Below, piece after piece: positions 14,373 to 31,734 of a stretch of DNA of 64,000 nucleotides (position 1 is its first letter; every line of letters starts with the position of its first letter). The translations under genes and the position numbers were made by a program. The stretch is taken from the NCBI RefSeq assembly GCF_009914755.1, contig NC_060943.1. One strand, 5' to 3'. The notes under the pieces were generated by a model that was not told where the DNA came from, searched no databases, and saw nothing but the letters and a program-made list of their open reading frames with translations. Origin of the DNA: the human T2T-CHM13v2.0 reference genome, Homo sapiens.

Positions 14373-16486
14373 TAATTTTTTGTATTTTTAGTAGAGGCAG
14401 GGTTTCACCATGTTAGCCAGGCTGGTCTCAAACTCCTGACCTCAGGTGATCCACCCACCTCGGCCTCCCAAAGTGCTCGGATTAGGCGTGAGCAACCGCA
14501 CCTGGCCTCAGCACATGTTTCTAAGCTGTGAACTCTATGGGGAAAGTAACTGAGGTAGTTCCCCTAGTCCCCTAATTATTAATGTATTTGCAACACAATG
14601 CCTGACACACAGTGGGTATTTTTAAAATATCCATCAAATGAATAAATAAATAAAATAAGAGGTAGGATTTTAGAGCATTATATAAAAGCATATATTTTCA
14701 AGATGACTAAGTCAACTCCATCTTACCCACAATATTATTTTTACAGTTTTTAAAAACATCATTTGAAAATTTTATCAGAGAAGTAATTAGTACCTTCCGA
14801 GCACTTAACTATGGGTGAACACTGATCAAATTGCTTTGTTAAGTATTAACTCATATTATTGTCTCAATACTCTGAGACAAAAAAATTTTAAGGGCCAAAT
14901 TTTAAGCTATGCAGTCAAATCTCTATTGCAATTACACCATTCTGCCATTGTAGCGTAAAAGCAGCCACAAACAATATATAAATGAATAGATGAGGCTGTG
15001 TTTTAATAAAACTTTATTTACAAAAACAGAAGGTGGGCCAGATTTGGCCTGAGGACTGTGTCTTCCCAACCTCTGCCTATTTTCAAATGAAACACCAAGA
15101 GGTTAAAATCTGGCCCCCAAATCTCACAGCGAGTAAAAAATAAAATTGGATTTGAACCTAAACTATCTCCAGAAAATGTACTTACTCTTAACCATAAAAC
15201 TATACTATTTCTCAGGAAAAAAAATTTAAATATAAACAGAGTGCTTTTGTAACTTTCTAGCTGTGTGATCATAGTGTTTTAGGGTTAACAGGAGACTTAG
15301 AGAACCATCTAGCTTTAAATCTTCCTGGATAATATGATGGCCAGGATCATGATAAAGATAAAAGTGAACATTGTTCTCTGAGTGATTAATTCATAATCTT
15401 TTATGTTTTGTCTTGCTAAGTTCTTACTAAATCCTATGATTAGGCCCCTGTTTTGCAGAGGAAGTTTAAAAAGGGGAAGCCACAAGAGATCTATTGTAAA
15501 ACATGGTGATCATAGTTGCATGGTAACAATGTATGTATTCTTAAAAACTTTTAAAAGAATACGTTAGTGTTCTCATCACAAACACACACACACACACACA
15601 ATAAAGCTGAGTATGTGAGGTGATGCAAATGTTAATTAGATCAACTGAGCCATTCTATGACGTATAATATTTCAAAACATGCTGTACAGAAAAAAAATAT
15701 ACATATAGTTTATATTTTTCAGTTTAAAAATTAAATTTAAATAAATTAAAAGGGGAAGTCACTTCAACAGGTCTTACAGCAAGTAGGGTGAAGAGCTGCG
15801 ATTCAAGCGCAGATCAGTGCAGCAAACCCACTGCCCACCAAAAATGCAAGCCTCTTCCCCACCCTCAAATCCAGAGTATAGATTTGTCACTAGGAAGTGG
15901 CTTCCCAGACAGAGACCACATTTCCCAACTGCCCTTGCAGTTATGTGTTATCATGTGACCGAGTCCTAGCCAATAGAGTGTGAGGGGAAGTGATATGCAC
16001 CACTTCATGATGTGGCACATGTTAACCTCCCCCATGGGAACTCAGCCATGTTCTTTTCCCCCTCCGGGTTGGCTGATATGTGAACACCACGATGACCTTG
16101 GGAGCTGTGTATGGAAAATGACAGAGCCTCCCTCAACCTGAGGGTGCAGGATAGACACTCTTCAGACCTGTTTGCTCACCCTCTACTGATACATAAGGAA
16201 AAAATAACTCCTACTGTGGCAAGCCTGTGACATTCTGGAGTTGATCCTAACAACCGCTAATGTTACCCTATTTAATACCATCAGCCTGACACTCCATCAC
16301 TGTGCTAAATGGCCCCTCAGAATGTAAAGGTCTTATTCCAACTTCTATAGGAGGACAACTGAAATGGAGCTCATACTTTTCCTCTCTACATCATCACTGC
16401 TGACTAATGCCTTGCTCTCCATCTTCTTGTGGGACAAGATGGCTGGATTCGTTATGGCAATGAGGTAATTTGGGTAAATTACCTAC

Positions 16487-16681
16487 CTCAGGCTCAGTTC
16501 TGTTGATGCCCGTCAGGAACAGGAGGTGGGCCAGGAAGAGGCAGAGGGAGAGCTCTAGATGGAGGGAGGTGCTGGTGTTCTGGATGGGCCGGCACAGGAG
16601 GAAGGTGAGGATGGCCAGGAAGAGGCACAGCAGAGAGATGGTCAGCCCCACCTGGGTGATCACGGTCAGCACAGGGTCCTC
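16487..16681 (-). CDS. ADGRE4P: ADGRE4P exon 10, TM1-TM2
   Basis: [65 protein letters not shown]; tgcag| and GAG|gtaggt; 195 nt. Confidence 0.95.
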
Positions 16682-17160
16682 CTGCAAAACACCAAAGGGG
16701 GAATCCATTATGGTGTCCGATGGTGTTGTTATTTTCCTGAGGTAGTGCCAGATGGGCTTCCTAGTTCAGTCCCTGAAACAATTGACTTACCTTTCTGAGA
16801 CTTAGTGTTCTCATCTTCAAAATGAGGGCAGTAGTAACACTCATCACACAGGAATGTTAAAAACCAAAACAACTAGACCAGTGCTGGATACAGCTCTTAA
16901 CAAATGACTAATGGGAGTTAGTGTATAAATACTCCAGCTCCCTTGCTGCTCAGATAGAATGACCCAGAGATGTGAGTTCTACACTGACTCCCAGAGTCCC
17001 CCAGAGGGAATAAATTCCAGTTACCTATGGTGGTAACTGGCTTGATAATGCTGTCTGCACTGACACCTGTCTTACTTCCATCTCATTGTCTCAGTCCCCC
17101 ACTAGTGTTTCCTGTAATCCCCTTTCAAGTAAGCTACTACCATTTGACTCCTTGTCTTAG

Positions 17161-17505
<345 letters not shown>

Positions 17506-17557
17506 TAACTCACAAATTCTCGGACATACACAGGTTCACAGGAATGAATCTTGGTAC

Positions 17558-18227
<670 letters not shown>

Positions 18228-18715
18228 TGACCCTCTGAATGGCTTCGCCAGCTTCCTTGCTATTTATAGAAGCAAAGAGAGGCATTGGTGAGACTCACTG
18301 GGTGAGAGAAGAGAGAGAAATAAAGTATTTCTTCCCTGTGCCCTTTCTGCTTTGAGCCATCTCCAGTTTCTGCAGAGCGATCCCTCATTCCTGCCTCCAG
18401 CTTCCACTGAGCTCAATAGAGCTTCTCCTCCATTGCCTTTTGGCTTCAACGTGAGAATGGCATCTCACTGTGGCAAGCTCTGGATGCCTCAACACTTCCT
18501 TTCTTCCTGAGCTTTACTAAAGTGTGATTAACAAAGAAGAATTTGTATTTATACGTTTTGATAGATGTATACATTTTTAAATGATTACTACAATGAAGCT
18601 AACACATCCAACACCTCACATATTTGTGTGTGTGTGTGTGTGTGCGTGGTGAATACACTTGCAATGCACTCTCTCAGCAGATCTCAAGTGTACAATACAT
18701 TATTAAGTGTAGTTA

Positions 18716-19344
<629 letters not shown>

Positions 19345-19806
19345 TCATTCATCTGTTGACAGATACTTAGGCTGTTTCCATATCTCAGCTAGTGTGAATA
19401 ATACTGCAATAAACACGAGAGTGCAGTTATCTCTTTGAGATCCTGATTTCAATTCTTTTGGCCACATACCCCAAAGTGGAATCGCTGGAACAGACGATAA
19501 TTCTGTTTATAACTTTTTGAGAAGCCTCTGTACTGTTTTCCATAATGGCTGTACCACATTACATTTTCATCAGCAGATCTATAAGGGTTCCTCTTTTTTT
19601 TTTTTTTTTTTTTTTGCCACATACTGATATTTTAAGTTTTTGGTAATAGCCATCCTCACTGTGGTGAAGCAAAATCTCATTGAAGATGCCTCAGCGTGTC
19701 TTGTGTGTTCTCTTACTTCTGAATTCCGTTTCCTACTTGGGAAGCTGACTGCACCTGCTCACCCTTTAAGGTACTGCATGGAGACCCAGCCCTGGGTGTT
19801 TCTCAC

Positions 19807-19990
19807 CTGATTATGGCGAAAAGTCAGGAACACAGGTTCAGAGAGGGAAATTTTTTCCTTCAAACCGATGGTGCCGCTCACAACGTAAGAGTTCAGTTTT
19901 ACTTCCTGCATCCCTTTTCGTTTACTAAAAAAGGATGCATTCAGAATATCCCCAAGAGATTGATAAGTGATAGGGCAACTGCAGTGCTCT
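19807..19990 (-). pseudogene. ADGRE4P: ADGRE4P exon 8, GAIN, carrying the inactivating 1-nt deletion (~19972) and premature TGA (19941-19943)
   Basis: The exon is 184 nt but needs 185 for phase 1-0. It reads ESTAVALSLINLLGIF*. Adding one base gives STAVALITYQSLGDILNASFFSKRKGMQEVKLNSYVVSGTIGLKEKISLSEPVFLTFRHNQ, a typical EGF-TM7 GAIN sequence. Confidence 0.93.
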
Positions 19991-20948
19991 CTGAAGAAAA
20001 AAATGGAAAAGAAATACTGTTAGTGGCCATCCATAGTTTGGAGAGAAAGTACAGTACTCTCTAATGTGAGGGTCGTAGGGCAGGCAATGAATGGCTAAAA
20101 CTGCCCTTGGAAATCCCTTAAATGCTGTTCAATACACCGTGTGTCGCTTGGGGTGCAGCATTTTTGTCTACGTAATATGTATTATAATGCCCCATACATT
20201 ATAAGCGGTGCAAAATATGTGCAAAATATGTGCAAATTATGCTCTTCAGATTCCTAAAAATATATATGAGCCCTTGAGCATTACAACCAGAGTTGTGAGG
20301 CAAGATGCTTGTCCTCAGAAGGGCACATGGAACTCACGCAGGCTAAGAAAACCACACTCTCTCAGCCTTCACCTCAAGCTCACTCCGGGGTACCTAATTT
20401 AGTGGAAAGGTATGCAGAATGACCCACTGTATTTAATTAATTCACTCATTTTTTCTCTTTCTCATCTTATTACCCTTCCTCTCCCTGTCTTCCTTTTCCC
20501 CCTCCCCTTTTCATGAAGCCACCGTTTAATGTATAGAGGTTCAGGCCGGGCGCGGTAGCTCACACCTATAATCCCAGCACTTTGGGAGGCTGAGGCAGGT
20601 GGGTCATCTGAGGTCAGGATTTCGAGACCAGCCCGCCCAACATGGCAAAATCCCATCTCTACTAAAAATACAAAAATTAGCCAGGCGTGGTGGCGGGTGC
20701 TTGTAATCCCAGTTACTCGGGAGGCTGAGGCAGGAGAATCGCCGGAACCCAGGAGGCGGAGGTTGCAGTGAGCCGAGATGGTGAATGGAGAATCCGACTC
20801 CAAAAAAAAAGAAAAAAAATCATGGAGGTTCAGTGCACACAGGACACCCGTATGATGGGAGTGTTTCCCAAATTGCAGTTATCCACGTGCTACCATCCCA
20901 TTTTTGACCAAAGCTACTTATCATCTGTATTTCTATTTGCTCCATTTA

Positions 20949-21293
<345 letters not shown>

Positions 21294-21811
21294 CTACTCT
21301 ACAGCTCACAGTAAGGAGTGAAGATTAATGAATAACCAGGAATTTTTTGGAGGAAATGCAGCAGATATTTCATTTTTAAGGTAACCAGGTTTTTCTCTTT
21401 GAAATAGTTTATATGCATTCATTCATTTATGTTTCATGGAAATATTTATGTATCCTCTACTGTGTGCCAGACATTCTAGGAATTATTATACAGCAGTGAG
21501 CAAAACAGACAAAACCCCTGCCATCAGAGAGCTGACGATGTCGTAGTGAGAGAGATGGGCCACCAACAAATAAATAAATTAGAAAAAATACATAGTGCAG
21601 GAGCTTTGCAGAGACTTCAGGTGATGAGATAAAGTGTGGGTGAAACACTATGCCGTGAAGGTAAAACCCAGCCTGCCACCTGCTTTTGTAAATAAAGTTT
21701 TATAGACACACAGCCTCACTCCTTCACTGACACATCATCAATGGCTGCTTTCACACTCTGATGGCAGACCTGAGTAGTTATGACAAAGGTCATCTGGAAC
21801 AAAAGGCCTAA

Positions 21812-22279
<468 letters not shown>

Positions 22280-22561
22280 TGAGCCACCGTGCCCGGCCCA
22301 GCCAGTCCCTTTTAAGGAGGCATTTCAAGGAATCCTTATGCAAACCTTTGTGTATGTCACAAAGTACACACCCCATGTGACAGCCCGACTTCTCTCTGCA
22401 AAATGCCTAGTTAGTGGTTAAGGAAGATCATTTTATTCCACCATGTAGAATCTCCCTACCTTAAAAGCTTTGTGAATTCTCACCCCAGGGTTTAATCGCC
22501 TAGAAATAAAACAGTGATGTGTAGAATTTGGAGTCAAGATAATTCATCGGAGATATGGTAC

Positions 22562-22669
22562 CTCTTAGGTTTCCTTTTAAAGCATCAGCACAGTTGATAT
22601 CCATGGTGTTATTTCCAGCTTCCAGAAAAGCATTCTCCCTTGTCTCATTGCACCTCTTGGTTTCATAGA
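22562..22669 (-). CDS. ADGRE4P: ADGRE4P exon 7, GAIN (VYETKRCNETRENAFLEAGNNTMDINCADALKGNLR)
   Basis: ttttcag| and AG|gtacca; 108 nt, phase 1-1; overlaps ORF 22500..22703. Confidence 0.88.
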
Positions 22670-24298
22670 CTGAAAACATTAAGAAAGTCAGTCCTGTTCT
22701 CAAGTCTCATATCTAAATAATTTGCTAAAGAACTCCCTTTTCTGGAAGACCTCCTACTGGTGATTCCATCTCTCCTATGCAAGGTTGGCCACGTGGCACC
22801 TTCTTCCCATCTTTGGCTGGTAGAAATGGAGTGGCCAAAATGGCCTTAGCAACACACTGGCCACAGCCCAAGAGAGGAGAAGGGCATGCTTCCCAGAACT
22901 GGTACTCTGATAGGCAAGCTAAGCAGTTTCCACAGGACACTTAATGGTACCGGAGTCCCTGGTTAGGGGAGAATGCAATCTTTATAAGCAAGAGTAGCTA
23001 AGCATTTAAATGTTTTCCAAAAAAAAATAGTCACTAGGAACAGAACTTCTGCATTTGGGAAGAATCCCTGTAAACCTATAAACACAAGAGCTGATCATTT
23101 TGTGAGGTCAACCTCAACATTTTGGGGTATACAGAGTTTGTCTCAGAACAAATGAGAAAACTGTCCTAGGGGCTATGGCAGACTGCTTATTACCTGTGAT
23201 CACCATTTACCTATTCTTTCTTTGCGTCTAGAACTACTAAATTTAAGCTGAAGACAAGCCATTTTCCAGCTTCCCTTGCAGCTAGGCAGAGCCATGCAAC
23301 TATTTTCAGGCCAATGGATCAAAGAACAGAATGGCATGTGCTAAGGGAAACAGGCATCCTTTCAACTTCTCTTCTCCCCTTTTCATTGGCTGGTAAAAGG
23401 GTGTGATAGTACAACAACTCTCTTGTATCACAAAGTGAAGGTGAATGTTGAAGACAGCAGAGCACAGAGCTGGCATGGTATTGCTACATCAGCCCTGACT
23501 CACTTATGCTCAAACTATTCAAGAAATAATGGTTAAGCTGCTGTTTACCACGGTTATACCACCAGATTTGGCATGTTAATTCAGACACTAAGTTCACATG
23601 GAACATTTGCTAAAATAGACCATCAAGTCTCAACAAATTCAAAAGGATTGAAATCCTACATAGTGTGTGCTCAGACAACTCATCAAAAAGAGTATATATC
23701 ACAACTATTTTTTCCTGGTAAGTAAGCCTGGTTTAACATATGTAAATCAATCAATAGGGTTCATCTCATTAACAGAATGAAAGATAAAAATCATCTCAAT
23801 TGATGATAAAATGATCATCTCAATTGAGGTAGGAAAAAGCATTTGACAAAGTTCAATATCCTTTCTTGATTAAAACCCACTATAAATTAAATGAGGCCAT
23901 TAACACAAGGAAACCTTAAAAAGCCACAAATATTTGGTAATTCAGCAACACACTTCTAAATAAACCATGAGTTAAATGATAAATTACATAGGAAATGTTT
24001 TAATATTTTGATCTAAATGATAATGAAAGCCCAGTATATGAAAACTTGCAAGATGCAGCTAAAGCAGTGCTTAGAGGGAAATATATAGCTCTAATTTATA
24101 GCTAAGTTTTAAGTTTTAAATGCATATATTGGGAAAGGAGAATGGTTTAAAATTAGTAATCTAAATTACCAAGACAACAAGTTAGAAAATGAAAAGCAAG
24201 GCCAGGTGCGGCGTGATGGCTCACGCCTGTAATCCCAGCACTTTGGGAGGCCGAGGCGGGTGGATCATGAGGTCAGGAGATTGAGACCATCCTGGCTA

Positions 24299-26130
<1,832 letters not shown>

Positions 26131-26400
26131 CCTAGCCATGGTGGCATAGCGAATATGCTCTTAAATACTTTCCATCATACCAAGGGAAGTTGAAAAGAAG
26201 AAGAGAGCTGGTTTATTCTCTTGTCCCTTGAATTTGCATTTTTGAAAACGGAGTCCTTCTCATGTAGAATGTTGGTGTAGAGGGTCTGTGATCCTGAGAG
26301 CCCACAGATTTCATCATTCAGAAACCCTGACAAAGCCAGGACCCAGACGTCTTTATGGTCTTTATGGAGGGTCATAAAGACTCTACTCAGCCTCTCTTAC

Positions 26401-26536
26401 CTATATCAAATTCAGAAATTTGACCCTTTCCTGGAGAAGCAAAACTCGCATTCCAGATGCTCAACTCCACGCTTTGAATTAGTTGAGTAGCCCTTCTTGC
26501 AAAGTCCTCTCTGCTTCCATTTCTTCTCAGATTTTC
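26401..26536 (-). CDS. ADGRE4P: ADGRE4P exon 6, stalk/GAIN (ENLRRNGSREDFARRATQLIQSVELSIWNASFASPGKGQISEFDI)
   Basis: Open frame of 136 nt, phase 0-1; weak acceptor ttttggaag|; donor TAG|gtaaga. Confidence 0.82.
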
Positions 26537-26724
26537 CTTCCAAAAAAATTAAGCTAATTAGATTGACTCTTACTGAAATGTAAGAAATAGGGAATATGCA
26601 CAAGTGTTGGAGTGGGGAGCCCAGAAGGCAACGATATTTATTAAGGTGCTACAAGGTGCGTGTGGCATTGAGAATCTAGGTGCTTGATGTAGGTCTTTGA
26701 ATGCCAGCTGAGGCACTTTCCCCC

Positions 26725-26948
26725 TACACTTGTATTTCTCTATCTCTATGGACATATGGCACTAGGCACTTCTTGATTGTGGGAGGCTGTCCTGGGCACT
26801 GTAGGATGTTGAGCTGTATCCCTGGTCTCCATCCACCAGATGCCAGTCACACACATCACCCCCAAGGTATGACAACCAAAAGTGTCCCCAGTCATTGACA
26901 GATGACCTTGGGACAGAGGACAAAATTACCCCTGGATAGAACTACCCT
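26725..26948. mobile_element. MER20-like DNA-transposon relic
   Basis: ggctgtcctgggcactgtaggatgttgagc...tccctggtctccatccaccagatgccagt...gacaaccaaaa motif. Confidence 0.75.
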
Positions 26949-27047
26949 ACCCTAAAAATCACAGGAAGACATGTTAATGTTTGGGTAGGAAAATGGCATA
27001 GTTATACGTACCAGCTGTTTCCCAAATCCAGGCTTCACCCCACTCAC

Positions 27048-27091
27048 CCAAATATCCACGTTTGACTGTGTCGTCCCTTGACTATTGTTCT
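27048..27091 (-). CDS. ADGRE4P: ADGRE4P exon 5 (ENNSQGTTQSNVDIW); an alternative in-frame donor extends it to 27012 (+VSGVKPGFGKQL)
   Basis: Acceptor tttctttcacag|; donors TGG|gtgagt (27047) and CTG|gtacgt (27011); phase 1-0. Confidence 0.85.
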
Positions 27092-27285
27092 CTGTGAAAG
27101 AAAAGATGTCATTGAAAGAGATATGGGAGAAAATACACCCTGCTTACATCCCTTCTTCCAGTCACCCTCAAGTTGAGTCTTTCCCTAATAATTCCGCAGC
27201 CCATCCTAATTCCCCTCTAAGAAGCCTAAAAGGTATTGCACAGTAGAATTATAAAAGAGAATTAGAATGGGTCTTCCAGTTTCAT

Positions 27286-27366
27286 ATTGAGTTGGTGCAA
27301 AAGTAATGGTCATCTTTGCCATTGAAAGAAATGGCAAAAACCGCCATTACTTTTGCACCAACCTAT
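27286..27366. mobile_element. MADE1 (Hsmar1-derived ~80-bp MITE)
   Basis: Inverted termini gttggtgcaaaagtaatgg...ccattacttttgcaccaac. Confidence 0.9.
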
Positions 27367-28374
27367 TGCTTTAGTCAACACTGTTTATTCGGCACCTACT
27401 CAATACCAGGCACAACGCTGAACTATATGGATATAGGCTAGGAAAAGAAACCAAGGTATCCCCTTGTGGAATCTGAAGTCTGGCAGGAAAGTCATTAAGC
27501 AAGTTATTATCAATAAATAATTAAGCAATTGCAAGGGACGCTCTTAATAAATAGAACATGACATGTGGACAAAAAGATGGGAACTATAGACAGTGGGGAC
27601 TACTAGAGGGAGAGGGTGGGAGGCTGATGAGGGCTGAAAAGCTACCTATCAGGTACTATGCCCACTACCCGGGTGATGGGAACATTCTTACACCAAACCC
27701 CAGAGACACGCAATTTACCCACGCAACAAACCTGCACATGTACCACCCCCAAACCTAAAATAAAATAAAACAGGACTTCCCAAAATCAATCAATCAATAA
27801 TAAATAGGACACAATGGTGTGGGAGTATATAGCAGAGGGTCCCAACACATCAGGGTGACATGGAAGAAATCAGTGTTAATTGAGTTAATATTATAGAAGC
27901 AGTTGCCTACACATCACAGTATATAACGTGCCTTCATATATATTATCTCATTTCAAGGAACACTGAAGGTTGTAGAAAAGGCATATACAGCATAATATCC
28001 AGTATTAACTGACCCTTCCTAGGTGCCTAGGACTGTTAAATATTTCACATACATTAATAATGAGTAGGGGCCGGGTGCAGTGGCTCACGCCTGTAATCCT
28101 AGTACTTTGGGAGGCCGAGGCGGGCGGATCATTTGAGGTCAGCAGTTCAAGGCCAGTGTGGGCAACATGGTGAAACCCTGTCTCTACCAAAAATGCAAAA
28201 ATTAGCCAGGTGTGGTGGCACATGCCTGTGGTCCCAGCTACTCAAGGCTGAGGTGGGAGGATCGCTTGAGCCTGGGAGGCAGAGGTTGCAGTCAGCCAAG
28301 ATCACACTACTGCACTCCAGCCCGGGTAACAGAGTGAGACCCCATCTCAAAAATAATAATAATGAATAGGTAAG

Positions 28375-29390
28375 GTGTATTAATTTGCTAGGGTTTCCAT
28401 AATATAGTGACACAAATTGGGTGGCTTAAAGCAATAGAAATATATTGTCTCATAGTTCTGGAGGGCAGAAGTCCAAATCAAGATGCCAGCAAGACCATGC
28501 TCCCTCTGAAGGCTCCAGGGAAACACCTTGCCCTGCCTCTTCCAGCCTCTGGTGGTTGCCATCAATCTCTGACATTCCTTGCCCTTTGGCAGCATAATTC
28601 CAATCTTCACCTCTGTCTTCACATGGCCATCTTCCCTGTGTGTGTGTCTCTGTGTCCAAATATCCTTCATCTTATAAGGACACCAGTCATGTAGGATTCA
28701 GGGTCCACTCTGATCTAATATGACCACATCTTGACTTATTACATCTACAAATACCCTATTTCCAGATAAGATCACATTCACAGATTCCAGGTGGAATCAG
28801 TTTGGGGAGAACACTATTCAGCCCAGTAAGAAGGAATCAGAAATGGCTCCAAATAATCCCTGCCTCTTGGAATTCACATCCTTGGGTAATCTTCCCTTGA
28901 CTGTGGACTGGACTAAGTGACTCATTTCTAAGGAACAGAATATGGCAAACATGATAGGATGTCACTTCTGAGAGTGGGTTATAAAAGACTATGACTCCTG
29001 TCTTATTCATGCTCTCTTTCTGGCTATTCTAATGTGTTTGCTATAACAAAGCAAGCTGTAGAGACCCACATATCTAGGAACTAAAGGCTGCCTCCCACCA
29101 GCCACCAGAAATGAACTGAGGGTTTCAGTCCAATAGCTTTGAAGGAACTAAATTCTCCCAGCAACCTTGTGAGTAGCTTGGAAGCAGAACCTGCCCCAGT
29201 CGAGTCTCCAGATGAAACCACAGCCTGGATAAAACCTCAATTGCAACTGTGATAGACCCAGAAGCAAAAGACTCAGCTAAGCCATGCTTAGTTCCTTAAC
29301 CCAAAGAAACTATGAAACAATACATATGTGTTATTTTAGGCCACTAAATTTGGGGATAACTTGTTATGCAGCAACACAGAACTGACACAG
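28375..29390. mobile_element. Two adjacent MLT1-family LTRs
   Basis: ctcatagttctggagggcagaagtccaaatcaag, cttataaggacaccagtcat and aggccactaaatttggggataacttgttatgcagca motifs. Confidence 0.7.
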
Positions 29391-30016
29391 TAGATACTAT
29401 TAATATTACTACTCCCATTTAAAGATGAGGTATATAGAAATTAAGTCATTAACTGAAAACCAGATGGTAAGTGGAAGATTTAGCACTTAAATCCCATCTC
29501 TCTTACCCAAAAAGTGAAATAATACTGGAATTAAACAAATAAATAAATTGTGGATAGTGAGAGACAGGTTTCTCATTGTTGGAGAAGGAAGCTACAAATA
29601 AGGAAAGAGGGAAGTTTCCGACAAGCCTTGATGTTGAACTGGAACCAGAGGTATCAGTGTGAATTCGTCAGATTTAGTAGATAGGTAGATAGACATAAAA
29701 ATTGAATTTAAGGTGAGTGAGAGATGAATAAATAGAGAAATTCAGAAGAAATTTAGAGCTGCCCTTTTGGAAGCTCAGGAAACAGACCTGTATTGGACAC
29801 ATACATTTGGAAGCATCTATATAGAGATAGTTATTGATGCCAAGGCTTGGATGACACCATCTTGGAAAATATCATCAAAGACAACAAAGGAATGAGGGAC
29901 GAGGGTTAGGATGGAGCTTTGCACTCTTACCCTGGCCTGAAATTAGAGAATCTCTCAGAGTCTCCCCCAAGTCCCCACCATTTTTCATAGTGGAAATAGG
30001 ATTTGGAGGTTCTTAC

Positions 30017-30169
30017 CATAACAATCCGGATGATCATAATCTATAATACCAGCCAGAAAGTTGAATAAAGTATATTTTACCAAACAGCTACAGATGTAAC
30101 CTCCAACTTTATTCCTACAATATGCTTTATACTTGCACTTTGCCAGCCCGGTTTCACATTCATTAATAT
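30017..30169 (-). CDS. ADGRE4P: ADGRE4P exon 4, calcium-binding EGF domain 2 ([51 protein letters not shown])
   Basis: DINEC...CxNxxGxYxCxC cbEGF consensus; cacag| and TG|gtaag; 153 nt. Manually translated. Confidence 0.94.
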
Positions 30170-30661
30170 CTGTGAATCAAGAGAAAGTGTTGCTTTCATT
30201 TTCATAGAATTATACCATTTCCCTTGCCCATGAAATCTTTATTGCCCAACCATTGTCCATCAATGTTCTCCCTAAGTTAATTTATAAATCCAATGCAATT
30301 CCAATTTTAAAAACATCTACATGTATTTTACGGGGTGAGAGACAAGTTGTTACTATCATGCAGGTGTAGCCAGAAAAAACTACAAGGTGGGAACCAGACA
30401 TTAAAACAAATTATAAAGCTGCAACTAAACAAAGAGGTACTGATGCATGCATAAATAAAAATAGACTAATGGAATAGACTAGAAGTCCAGACATAGATGC
30501 AAGTACCTATGGAGCTTTAGAACATGGTAAAGGTGGCATGTCAAATCACTAGAATACGGATGGAATGTTGCTGTTTTTAATGTTGTTTTTAAGTCACGCC
30601 ATTTGCTAAATCAATTTAACACACATAGTGCATAGCAGGGGAATAAATATACGGTAAGTTA

Positions 30662-31162
<501 letters not shown>

Positions 31163-31611
31163 TTAGCAAGGCATGGTGGCAGGCGCCTGTAGTCCCAGCT
31201 ACTCAGGAGGCTGAGATAGCAAAATGGCGTGAACTCAGGAGGCGGAGCTTGCAGTGAGCAGAGATCGCGCCACTGCACTCCAGCCTGGGCAACAGTGACT
31301 TATGCAATGTTTATGTGTCTTGCCTCTCCCAACCACATCAGCCTTCCGTGCTGAATGGACCAGAGCTGAGGTTCAAGCAAGGGACCCACAGGCAGAAGGT
31401 GCTCTGGACCACAGACTTATACTTGTGCTCTCCATCTGAAGGACTCAGGGACAAGCACACCTGGCCAATGGCTGTACTTTGTCAAATAGTCTGCTGAAGA
31501 GGTACGGGTTTTATTTGGGCTATGGGTTTATGTGTTTTGGGCAGAGGACACATGGAACAGAATAGTTATCACTAATGAGAGATTAAATTAAAACCCCGTT
31601 AATATTTTTAC

Positions 31612-31734
31612 CTTCACACTTCTCAGAGGAATCATGAAAGTATGTCCTGCCAGACCTGGCCCGAAAGCCATCTTCACAAGTACAGTGGGTGCTGTTGTGG
31701 CAGCTGGCATATTTAGGGCATGGAGGACAGGAAG
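31612..31734 (-). CDS. ADGRE4P: ADGRE4P exon 3, EGF-like domain 1 (ASCPPCPKYASCHNSTHCTCEDGFRARSGRTYFHDSSEKCE)
   Basis: Six-cysteine EGF spacing; ctgcag| and AAG|gtaaaa; 123 nt, phase 1-1. Confidence 0.93.

Noticed and set aside
19807-19978. Internal acceptor ctgcag| 12 nt into exon 8, or skipping exon 8 alone, as frame rescue
   Set aside because: A 12-nt shift keeps the broken frame, and exon 7 (phase 1) to exon 9 (phase 0) is out of frame.
20208-20241. gtgcaaaatat x3 and similar short duplications (1531-1575, 11770-11825)
   Set aside because: Ordinary slippage duplications with no further structure.
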